A stretch of DNA of 53,286 bases, the filler included, from Limisphaerales bacterium (GTDB taxonomy: Bacteria > Verrucomicrobiota > Verrucomicrobiia > Limisphaerales > SIBE01): assembly GCA_044225505.1 (NCBI GenBank). It is 2 parts of 2 records of this genome, joined end to end, with 100 filler letters (N's around TTAATTAATTAA, not from the genome) between each part and the next. Parts side by side here need not be neighbours in the genome. Positions count along the whole stretch, not along the records: positions 26,804 to 53,286 come from JBGAIN010000115.1; 1 more part is not named here. The stretch is one strand, 5' to 3'. The notes under the pieces are model-generated. The model was given only the letters and a program-made list of their open reading frames with translations, did no database searches and was not told the DNA's origin. This document shows, piece by piece, positions 28,615 to 36,692 of this stretch. The position numbers and the translations under genes are program-made. The first letter of the stretch is position 1. Every line of letters begins with the position of its first letter.

Positions 28615-29724
28615 TCATGCAAACGAGATTACCTGTTTGATGCCGCCTTGGCGACCCTGCAGTAGCTCCTTGTAAGCATTTAAAGGAAATCGCCCGCTAA
28701 TCATGGCGCGCAGTTGGTCAGGCCAACGCTTTTCAAAGACCCCCAAATCATCGACCGCTCTTTGAAAGTCGCGCAGATCCGCGTTGACCGTCCCGAGCAC
28801 GACCTGGTTCTTCAAGACCAACTCCCGCATGATCCGGTCGATCTCAGTCGGAATCGCGGATTTTGGTGCAGGAATGCCAGTGAAGATGAAAATACCGTTC
28901 GTTCCCAGACGCTGCAGCAAGTCAAACGATATCTTGCCAACTCCCACGGCCTCATAGACCGCATCAATACGGCCCACTCGTTCCGCGAGCTGATCCGCGG
29001 AACAGGATTCCGATGAAATATATTCGGCGCCCAGGGACTCCACCAACTCCGCCTTCGGGTTCGGTTTCGGCGATCGGGAGTAAACGAAAACCCGGAATCC
29101 ACAGGTCAAGAACGCCATCGTCCCTAGTATTCCCACGGGGCCGGCCCCGAGAATGACCGCCTGGAGTCCTTTCCCTGGCAGGGTCGGATCGTTTGAAACC
29201 ACCCAAGGCAAACGCCGCTGAATTTCCCACAGTTGAGCTAAGGCCTTTTCGGCCACGGTCAAAGGCTCAGCCAGAACTCCCACGTCGCGCAGGTGCGGCG
29301 GGACGACTGACAGATATTTCTGCTCTTCGACATAGAACGGGGACATGTAGCCATGGCGCAGCTTGATCCCGCGCTCTGTGAAGTCACCGGTCACACAAAA
29401 ATCCTGACGGCCATTCCGGCAAGGGAAACACTCCGGTCGCTCGCACGGACGGCGAATGGAAGGAACGACCAAGTCACCAGGGCGGACAGTATCGACTGCC
29501 GCACCCACTTCCAAGACTTCCCCGAGAGATTCGTGGCCAATGACCAGGTAAGGACTTTCCTGGGGAGGTGTGCCGTACTCAAACGCACAGATCTCTCGAT
29601 CCGTGCCACAGATTCCGACTTCTAAGGAACGGATTTTGACCTCATGATCCCGCGTGATATTCGGGGTGGGATGTTCCACCAGACGAACACTACGCGATTC
29701 TGGAATTACGCCGACGGCTTGCAT
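28615..29724 (-). CDS. Zn-dependent MDR-family glucose 1-dehydrogenase-like protein
   Basis: Motifs GICGTDREI, GHESLG, RRPC..C..C...DFC..GDFTERGI, EPL..EKA, GAGPVG and VLKNQ..GTVNA. Confidence 0.85.
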   Translation of the reverse strand: MQAVGVIPESRSVRLVEHPTPNITRDHEVKIRSLEVGICGTDREICAFEYGTPPQESPYLVIGHESLGEVLEVGAAVDTVRPGDLVVPSIRRPCERPECFPCRNGRQDFCVTGDFTERGIKLRHGYMSPFYVEEQKYLSVVPPHLRDVGVLAEPLTVAEKALAQLWEIQRRLPWVVSNDPTLPGKGLQAVILGAGPVGILGTMAFLTCGFRVFVYSRSPKPNPKAELVESLGAEYISSESCSADQLAERVGRIDAVYEAVGVGKISFDLLQRLGTNGIFIFTGIPAPKSAIPTEIDRIMRELVLKNQVVLGTVNADLRDFQRAVDDLGVFEKRWPDQLRAMISGRFPLNAYKELLQGRQGGIKQVISFA

Positions 29725-29736
29725 GAGCGCCCCACT

Positions 29737-32262
29737 CTATTTGATTTTGAACTTCCAAGCACGCAATCGGAGGGCATTTCCAATGACCACCAGGTCAGAT
29801 GCTCCCATGGCGAACGCGGAAAATACTGGGCTGAGATACCCCAAAGCCGCCAGCGGTATACCGAGCGCATTGTAGAAGAAAGCCCAGAACAGATTCTGTT
29901 TGATCGTTCGCAAGGTCGCTTGGGCCAATTGGAGGGCTTCCGGAACCGCTTGAATGTCGGAATTGAGCAAAATGATATCGGCCGCCTCACGTGCCACGTC
30001 GCTCGCGCGGGCCACCGCCACCCCTAAATCGGCCTGTTCCAAAGCGGGAGCATCGTTGATTCCGTCGCCGACAAACGCAACTTTTTCTCCCTGCTGCTGC
30101 AACTGCTGGACGAAGTGCGCCTTATCTTCCGGTCGCACCTGCGCGAACACGTGGTCTGGAGCGATGCCAACCTGTTGAGCAACGGCCGCAGCGGTAGCGG
30201 GGCTATCTCCAGAAATCAGATAAACGGATTTGCCCTGGCGTAACAAACCTGCAACGACGTTGGGCGCGTGCTCTTTGACGCGATCGCGCAAAGCCAAGAC
30301 ACCGAGCAGGCGTTGGTTTGCGGCCACTCCAATCACGGTCGCCCCGCGGGCGGACCATTCCGTCACAAGGGCATGCGCCGGCGTCAAATCGACCCCCAAA
30401 GACTCCAGCCAAGCTGGCGATCCAACGCGCACCCAAGATCCGGATAGTATCGATTCTCCTTTGAGTCGGGCCTGAACTCCCGAGCCGCGCAACTCTTGCC
30501 AGTCTTCCAGAGGCAGGTATACGTTCGATAATCCGGCCAGAGCCAGGCTGAGCGGATGCATCGACGATTTGGCCAATGACGCGACGATTTTGTGGAAACC
30601 CAACTGCTCTTGCTCAGCAGGAGTCAGGAAGTCCTCGGCCAACTCCAAGCCAATTCGCCCCGATGTCAGAGTCCCGGTCTTGTCAAACAACACACACGTG
30701 ATCACGCCGGATTTCTCCAGGGCCACTCCGTCTCGAATCAAAATTCCGCGCTGCGCCGCAGCATTTGCTCCGGCCATGATTGCCACCGGGGTGGCCAGCC
30801 CCATCGCGCACGGGCACGCAATGATCAACACAGCCGCGGCATGGTAGATAGCCGCCGCCCAGGGACCAACGGGATGATGGGCGCGTCCAAGAATCGGCTC
30901 GAACCAACCGCTGATGAATCCAGCCTGCGCCGGAGCCAGCCCCCACGCCAGACCTGTGATCAAGGCAATCAGGACAACAATCGGCACAAAGACGCTGCTC
31001 ACCCGATCGCCCAATTTCTGAATGTTCGCACGGCTGCTTTGCGCGCGTTGGACCACCGCGATAATTTGCGCCAAAGCGGTTTCTTCGCCCGTTGCCGCAA
31101 CTTTGGTTAAGAGCCATCCGTGCAGATTGGAAGTGCCCGCATAAACGCAAGCTCCTTTGCTCTTGCTGACCGGTATCGCCTCTCCCGTCAACATGGATTC
31201 GTCCACCACCGAAGTCCCTTCCGCAACCACACTATCCACCGGAACGCGATCGCCGGGCTTCACAACCACGGTATCGTCAATGCGAAGTTGAGCAACAGGC
31301 ACGAGTCTTTCAGCTCCGCCAGGGTCTAACAACCGCGCTTGCGGCGGGGCCAATTCGAGCAGCGCCCGCAAGGAATGGGCCGCCCGTGCACTGACGCGGG
31401 ATTCCACCCAATGTCCAACGCTGATGAGCGTGATGATCGAAGCGGATTCCATGAAGAAAAGGTGGCCAGTCCACCCGGAAAAGAGCGCCCAGGCACTATA
31501 ACTGAACGCGGTCGTCGAACCCAGGACCACCAAGGTGTCCATGTTTGACTGCCCGACCTTGAGTTGATTCCACGCCCCGCGATAGAAACGCAAGCCGCAC
31601 AAGAACTGCACGGGTAGAACCAAGGCAAAGGCGAACCAATGGTACCAACGCTCCAAACCAAAGCCGAAAACCCATTCTAAAATGAGCAAGGGCAAAGTCA
31701 GAGCAGTCCCGACCACCACATTGAATTGCCAACCGGAAAAAGGCGACCACACCGCATAGGCCGGAGCAGAACGTTGGGGCGACAGGACTCGAGCGGTGTA
31801 ACCCGCATCTGATACCGCTTGCAGAAGCGCATCCGAATCTGGCGTGTCGTTCGACTGCCAACTGACCCAGGCCTCGCCCGCTTCCAGTTGAACATCCACG
31901 GAGCGCACTCCGGGCACATTCTGCAATGCCGTCACCACGCTGCGAGCGCAATTACTGCAGGTCATTCCCTCCACCGCCAACTCAACTCGAGCATTCGCAG
32001 GCAACTGAGGTTCGTATCCTGCTTCGCGGACGGCGCGGAAAACAGCCTCGGAATCCGGTCGTTGGCCCGCTTGCCACTGAACTCTCGCAGCACCGGACTC
32101 CAAGTCCACGCTGGCACGATCGACGCCCGGGAGTTCCTCCAGAGCGTTATGGACGTGGCGCACGCAATTACTGCACGTCATCCCGTGGACCTTTAAGTCC
32201 GTCCGGGCGGCCACCGCCCCTGCCGAGCTCTCAGCTCGCTCTGTTTTCGCGTTCCAGCCCAT
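29737..32262 (-). CDS. copA: Heavy-metal P1B-type ATPase, CopA-like, with two N-terminal HMA domains
   Basis: Two GMTCSNC motifs, NMDTL, TGE, ACPCAMGLATP, DKTGTLT, HP, GDGIND, YN in TM7 and MGASD in TM8; start ATG 32262. Confidence 0.9.
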   Translation of the reverse strand: MGWNAKTERAESSAGAVAARTDLKVHGMTCSNCVRHVHNALEELPGVDRASVDLESGAARVQWQAGQRPDSEAVFRAVREAGYEPQLPANARVELAVEGMTCSNCARSVVTALQNVPGVRSVDVQLEAGEAWVSWQSNDTPDSDALLQAVSDAGYTARVLSPQRSAPAYAVWSPFSGWQFNVVVGTALTLPLLILEWVFGFGLERWYHWFAFALVLPVQFLCGLRFYRGAWNQLKVGQSNMDTLVVLGSTTAFSYSAWALFSGWTGHLFFMESASIITLISVGHWVESRVSARAAHSLRALLELAPPQARLLDPGGAERLVPVAQLRIDDTVVVKPGDRVPVDSVVAEGTSVVDESMLTGEAIPVSKSKGACVYAGTSNLHGWLLTKVAATGEETALAQIIAVVQRAQSSRANIQKLGDRVSSVFVPIVVLIALITGLAWGLAPAQAGFISGWFEPILGRAHHPVGPWAAAIYHAAAVLIIACPCAMGLATPVAIMAGANAAAQRGILIRDGVALEKSGVITCVLFDKTGTLTSGRIGLELAEDFLTPAEQEQLGFHKIVASLAKSSMHPLSLALAGLSNVYLPLEDWQELRGSGVQARLKGESILSGSWVRVGSPAWLESLGVDLTPAHALVTEWSARGATVIGVAANQRLLGVLALRDRVKEHAPNVVAGLLRQGKSVYLISGDSPATAAAVAQQVGIAPDHVFAQVRPEDKAHFVQQLQQQGEKVAFVGDGINDAPALEQADLGVAVARASDVAREAADIILLNSDIQAVPEALQLAQATLRTIKQNLFWAFFYNALGIPLAALGYLSPVFSAFAMGASDLVVIGNALRLRAWKFKIK

Positions 32263-32274
32263 ACGCCACGACTT

Positions 32275-32340
32275 AATGTGTGGCTGAAAGCGTGTCGCCG
32301 TCAAATTCCCCGTTGACCGGTCGAGACCCATTCCTATACT
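32275..32340. promoter_or_regulatory. Back-to-back divergent sigma70-like promoters for copA (-) and the DUF5069-like gene (+)
   Basis: Plus strand: TTGACC (32313-32318)-N16-TATACT (32335-32340). Minus strand: TTGACG (32304-32299)-N18-CACATT (32280-32275). Confidence 0.5.
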
Positions 32341-32375
32341 GACGCTGTTCCGTAAACACAAATCAAAGGGAAATC

Positions 32376-32819
32376 ATGAACACCATCGTACCCCTAATCA
32401 GCTCCGGTATCGCCGGTCCGCTCGGAGTGCTGCACCTTCCTCGCCTTTGGCTGAAATCCTCGTTAGAGGCGCGCGGTAAACTCGCCCCTGGTTACCCTGG
32501 GCTCGGCAAAGGATACGACCTAATGGTATGCAACGCGCTGGGCCTCAATCCGGACGCCGTGAAGAAGTTCATTGCGGACTCCAAGCCGACGTATCCTCAA
32601 TTCGAAGCGTGGATTAAGAAACAGCCAGGTGTGCGATTGGATAAGGCGACGATCTACAAGTCGAACCAAGCGATCCTGGGCTACGTTCACGACGACGAAA
32701 CTCGCCGAAGTATCCTCTCCGCGAATAGCCTCGCTGACGACGGGTCTATCCTTCCCGGCGCTGTTGACCTGAATAACCTGGATGACTGGAAAGAGTTTTG
32801 GGATGCCGAACTGAAGTAA
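32376..32819 (+). CDS. Conserved hypothetical protein, DUF5069-like
   Basis: GPLGVLHLPRLWLK...YP...D and LDDWKEF motifs; purine-rich RBS (AAAGGGA) and a promoter upstream. Confidence 0.75.
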   Translation: MNTIVPLISSGIAGPLGVLHLPRLWLKSSLEARGKLAPGYPGLGKGYDLMVCNALGLNPDAVKKFIADSKPTYPQFEAWIKKQPGVRLDKATIYKSNQAILGYVHDDETRRSILSANSLADDGSILPGAVDLNNLDDWKEFWDAELK

Positions 32820-32840
32820 CTCTCTCGCGGTTGCGGAAGA

Positions 32841-34265
32841 CTACTCCGCTCGAGACTTCAAGCGCAGCTCAACCTTCGAGAAGGCAGCCGGGTCAAAAGT
32901 CAGTTTCCCAAAATTCGGGCTCTGTCCGAGGACTTTTCCCGGCTCCCATCTTTCCAGCTCAAACGTAACGGCCCCACCTCGACAGAAGATCGCTCGGGCC
33001 GTTTCACTTGTCTTGCCAATCGCATCCGGCCGGCTCCCGGCCAGTTCTATCCGCTTAACGCGGACGAGCGGGATGTCCAAGTCTGTGCCAGCGTTAGAGA
33101 CCTGAACGTTGTTTGTATCGACAAGTTTCACATGCCCTTCGACCTTGTCGCCATTTCGAAGTCGGACGACATCTTGTCTGGCATCGGTGGCCACGGCGGG
33201 TGAGTCTTCCATCTGCCCGTTCCATTCGGAAACTTTCAAGTGACTCAGCTTGAGCCGTCCCTGCCCTTGGTGGACAAAGCGCATTCCTTTTCCCTGTCCC
33301 GCGAACTCCTCGGTATCGACCCATTGTTTGATCAATTGCCCGTCCACCAGAAGCGATACACTTCGTTTGGATTTGCTCGCACGAATCTCGACATGCGCCG
33401 CATTGCGTTGATTAAAGGCCGGAACGGAAATCTGCCCCAAATAGCGCAAGGGATCATTCTTCTTCACTGGGAGCAAGTTTGCCGAGAAGCTGTTGAGTTG
33501 AAGGCTGTAGAATCCCGCGAAATCCGGTTCGGTATCTTTGTTGGCCAAATTAATGGGCTGGAGATAGTCCGTGAACAACGCGATCGCGAGTTGGAACACG
33601 CCTTTCCAAGCCAAATCAAATTCGATCAACGCCTCGTCTGGCATCTTCAGATCGCGGGCAATCGAAGCCGCATTCGTGGCATAGAACGCACCGTTGCGAT
33701 ACTTCCACTCGCCCGCATCGCCCAGCGCTGAGACGACTTTGCCAATGGTCCATCCCTCTAATCCAGTCGGGCCTTGAAACAACGTCGCCCCTTCCGGCGG
33801 AACGGGCTTGATCACCAAAATGCTCCGACGCGGAATCGTAATTTCACCCGCATACCAGGTCTGGAGCAGCGCATTTTCTGAATCCAGGCGGATGCTACTG
33901 CCCTCAAGCTCATCCTGATTATTGAGCTGGACACGGCAGCTCGCCGTCCCCGCTGGAAGTGGACGAGGACGCGATGGAAAATGGATCTCCGCGACGTTAT
34001 CCGGCAGAAAGTCGATCACCTGTTCCGCATCTGAATGCTGCCAACGAACGCCAGTGGTCGGAGCTAGCGACTGCAAGGCTCCATAGAGTCGATCGCCATT
34101 CCTAAAAAGCAGTGCCTCACGGCCTGCTACGGGGCGCAGAGCGTTCTCGGGCGAAGTTTCACCGGTCTGACCGAAGACGAGCATGGCGCCGGCTAACAAC
34201 GCACCATAGGCTCGAAGACAACCTGCTGCCCGCCTAACAAGAGAGGATCTGGGGAATCGGTTCAT
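32841..34265 (-). CDS. Secreted hypothetical protein, paralog of the upstream gene (repeated LxNGDxLxG modules around a central concanavalin-like beta domain)
   Basis: Signal-like N-terminus; modules LLFRNGDRLYG, VQLNNQDELEG and VRLRNGDKVEG; ATGA overlap at 34262-34265. Confidence 0.8.
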   Translation of the reverse strand: MNRFPRSSLVRRAAGCLRAYGALLAGAMLVFGQTGETSPENALRPVAGREALLFRNGDRLYGALQSLAPTTGVRWQHSDAEQVIDFLPDNVAEIHFPSRPRPLPAGTASCRVQLNNQDELEGSSIRLDSENALLQTWYAGEITIPRRSILVIKPVPPEGATLFQGPTGLEGWTIGKVVSALGDAGEWKYRNGAFYATNAASIARDLKMPDEALIEFDLAWKGVFQLAIALFTDYLQPINLANKDTEPDFAGFYSLQLNSFSANLLPVKKNDPLRYLGQISVPAFNQRNAAHVEIRASKSKRSVSLLVDGQLIKQWVDTEEFAGQGKGMRFVHQGQGRLKLSHLKVSEWNGQMEDSPAVATDARQDVVRLRNGDKVEGHVKLVDTNNVQVSNAGTDLDIPLVRVKRIELAGSRPDAIGKTSETARAIFCRGGAVTFELERWEPGKVLGQSPNFGKLTFDPAAFSKVELRLKSRAE

Positions 34266-35710
34266 GGCAGATCCCACACCTCCTGATCGAGAACTTCCAC
34301 TTCAGCATCACTCGGTTTGGATCGATTCAAGTTAAATTGGATTTGCCTCACGGACGAAGGCGGAAACGTGACCTCGCCGAAGTTGGAACTGTTGCCCCGG
34401 ACTACTTCTTGACTCCACTCCGTGAGATCGAACGCGACCGTGCCGCCTCCTGCAAAAAAGGCCCGCATTTCCCAGGGTCGTCCCGCCGGTGGCTTTGCCG
34501 ATTGAGGACGCAAATAGATCTGATTCACGCGCTGCAGCGGAATCGCCAGAGCGGTCTGGCCGCTCGTGACGGACAACGTACTGTTGGTCAACCGTTCCAG
34601 CTTTCCTGTGACACGATCCCGATTGATCAAGCAAACGAGATCGTCCTTCGGAGGTGCGTTCGTGAGGCTTTCCATTCCAAAATCCCCCTCCCACTGCGCG
34701 ACTTTAAGGTTGCTCAATCGCACGGACGGCCCTTCCAGCTGGGCGAAAAAAACAATCCCGGATCCCTGAGCCAGAAAGCCAGCACCATCCTTCCAGCGTT
34801 GGATCAACCGGTCCTCGACCAACAATCCAAGCGTCCCATCCTCTTTATTTGCCCGGATTTCCAGGTGAAGCCGATTGCGCCGTCCCATTTCGGAAATCGC
34901 CGCTTGGCCAAGATTCATGGCCCCAGCGCCTCCGGCCACACGCTGCAGGCTAACGTAGCCAGGGCTGAAATAGAACATGTAAGAGCTGGAACTATAATCA
35001 AATCGGTCCAAGACACTCGTATAGATGGCCACGATCAAACTGAACTGCCCGTTCCAAGCCAAATCAAACGCGATGCTCGATGAGCCGGTCAGCTTAAGGT
35101 CGCGCCCGAGCGTGCCCATTCCAGTAGCGACAAACGCCCCATCGCGGTAATCCCATCCATGGCCTGATTTGCCTTGCACCCAGCCATCGGCACTTGTGGG
35201 TCCCTCATACAGGACAGAGTAGCCTTTCGACAAAAACGTGATCGTCTGCAAACTTTCCCGGGGGGCTGAGAGGACGCCTCCAAAGGCTGTGCGCAATTGC
35301 GCATGTTCCAAGTCCAATCCCATCAGGTCGCCAAATACCTCGTCGCCATTGTTAAAGCGAAATCGGCAACTGGGCCGATCATCGCTCGGAGCCGGGACAG
35401 ATTTTTCAAATCGAATCCAAGCAATGTTGGTCGGTCGGAACGAGATTAAGCTCGGGGCGTCGGGATGCTGCCAACCCACCCCCCGATCGACACTCATGGA
35501 ACGGAGGCGGCCATGCAGTGACGATCCGTCGATGAACTGCAGCAGGTCGGCGGCAGATCGATCCGCCGGTGTCCCCAGGGTCGAACCCGGCAGCGGCACT
35601 TCTGCCCCAACCCCCTCGGTCAGCGTGCCTGCGGCCGCAGCCATCCCCATCAACAGCACAACCTGCCAAAGTCGGCTTAGGCGCGTGGCTTTGGAAGGCT
35701 TACCGCTCAT
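34262..35710 (-). CDS. Secreted hypothetical protein with the same architecture as 32841-34265
   Basis: Signal-like N-terminus; modules LQFIDGSSLHG, FRFNNGDEVFG and VCLINRDRVTG; WQHPD, EGPT, FDLAW and GGGTVAF align with the paralog. Confidence 0.8.
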   Translation of the reverse strand: MSGKPSKATRLSRLWQVVLLMGMAAAAGTLTEGVGAEVPLPGSTLGTPADRSAADLLQFIDGSSLHGRLRSMSVDRGVGWQHPDAPSLISFRPTNIAWIRFEKSVPAPSDDRPSCRFRFNNGDEVFGDLMGLDLEHAQLRTAFGGVLSAPRESLQTITFLSKGYSVLYEGPTSADGWVQGKSGHGWDYRDGAFVATGMGTLGRDLKLTGSSSIAFDLAWNGQFSLIVAIYTSVLDRFDYSSSSYMFYFSPGYVSLQRVAGGAGAMNLGQAAISEMGRRNRLHLEIRANKEDGTLGLLVEDRLIQRWKDGAGFLAQGSGIVFFAQLEGPSVRLSNLKVAQWEGDFGMESLTNAPPKDDLVCLINRDRVTGKLERLTNSTLSVTSGQTALAIPLQRVNQIYLRPQSAKPPAGRPWEMRAFFAGGGTVAFDLTEWSQEVVRGNSSNFGEVTFPPSSVRQIQFNLNRSKPSDAEVEVLDQEVWDLP

Positions 35711-36692
35711 AGATCGGAAGGTATCGATAGTTCAACGCCAGGGAGAGCAACGAGGCGGCTGTTGAAAAAGTCTGACCAAATTGTCCTTCCCAACTGCCAT
35801 CGGCGCCTTGGCTGGCACTGAGCGCTTTGATATTCTTGCGATTCCAAGATTGCCAAGCTTGGGGTGAAGCGTGAAAGAACGCCTGGGATCCGTAATAGAG
35901 AAAGTACTGCTGGTAATTCAAGTCAGCGGGAGTCTTTTGGAGAAAATCAAAGGCAGCCTTAAAACTCTTGGACGACTTCTCTTTCGCCAAAGCCAACACC
36001 AAGCAGCCAATCGCGGTGCGCGCCGCGTTGGGTGAGGCGGCCGACGTATAGCCGTAGCCGCCATCCGCCGTTTGACAGCTGGCAAAGAACTTAAGTGCCT
36101 TTTGAATGGCCTCTTCCGGCACGCCAATCCCTGCGTTTCGCGCGGCGAAAAGCGCCACCATCTGCGCGCCGCTAACCGTCGTATCCGCGTCCGTGCTCTC
36201 AGGAGAGTAACGCCATGCGCCGAAGGGATTGTTGGCTTGAGAATTAAGAATTAGTCGAACCGCTTGCTGCAGAGCCGGGCCGAGCTGAGGATCATCAACC
36301 GCCCCGTACGCTTCGGCCAGAGCGAGCGTCCCGAACCCGTGGTTGTACATGGAGCGTCCGATGTACCCCGTCTTCTTGTTCATCTGCTTGAGGATATAGT
36401 TTAACCCTCGACCGATCGGTTGACTAAACGGTCCGAAGTTAGGGTCGTCCCCATGGGCAAGCATGCTAATGACCGAGAGCCCCACCACGGCGGGTTCTTT
36501 GCCATACGATGTCTCTCCCCAACTCCCGTCTGGGCTCTGGGTCTTGACCAAATACTGCAGGCCCCGAAGGTAGACGCGCTCGACTTCCGCCGGAGCCACA
36601 TCGGACTTCTCCATGAACAGCTCCTGGGCAATCAAACCCTCGCTCCAGACGAGCCACAAAACCAGGATCGGGCAAAGGCACAACGCTCTCAT
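35700..36692 (-). CDS. Secreted prenyltransferase/squalene-cyclase repeat (alpha/alpha barrel) protein
   Basis: QW-type repeats GLQYLVKTQSPDGSW, SQANNPFGAWRY, CQTADGGYGY and SQGADGSW; MYNHGFGTLALAEAYG; C-terminus LALNYRYLPIYER; signal peptide. Confidence 0.85.
   Translation of the reverse strand: MRALCLCPILVLWLVWSEGLIAQELFMEKSDVAPAEVERVYLRGLQYLVKTQSPDGSWGETSYGKEPAVVGLSVISMLAHGDDPNFGPFSQPIGRGLNYILKQMNKKTGYIGRSMYNHGFGTLALAEAYGAVDDPQLGPALQQAVRLILNSQANNPFGAWRYSPESTDADTTVSGAQMVALFAARNAGIGVPEEAIQKALKFFASCQTADGGYGYTSAASPNAARTAIGCLVLALAKEKSSKSFKAAFDFLQKTPADLNYQQYFLYYGSQAFFHASPQAWQSWNRKNIKALSASQGADGSWEGQFGQTFSTAASLLSLALNYRYLPIYER

Noticed and set aside
35700..36692. Hopanoid/terpene biosynthetic cluster
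   Set aside because: The protein is half the size of a squalene-hopene cyclase, has a signal peptide, lacks DxDD and has no hpn neighbours.
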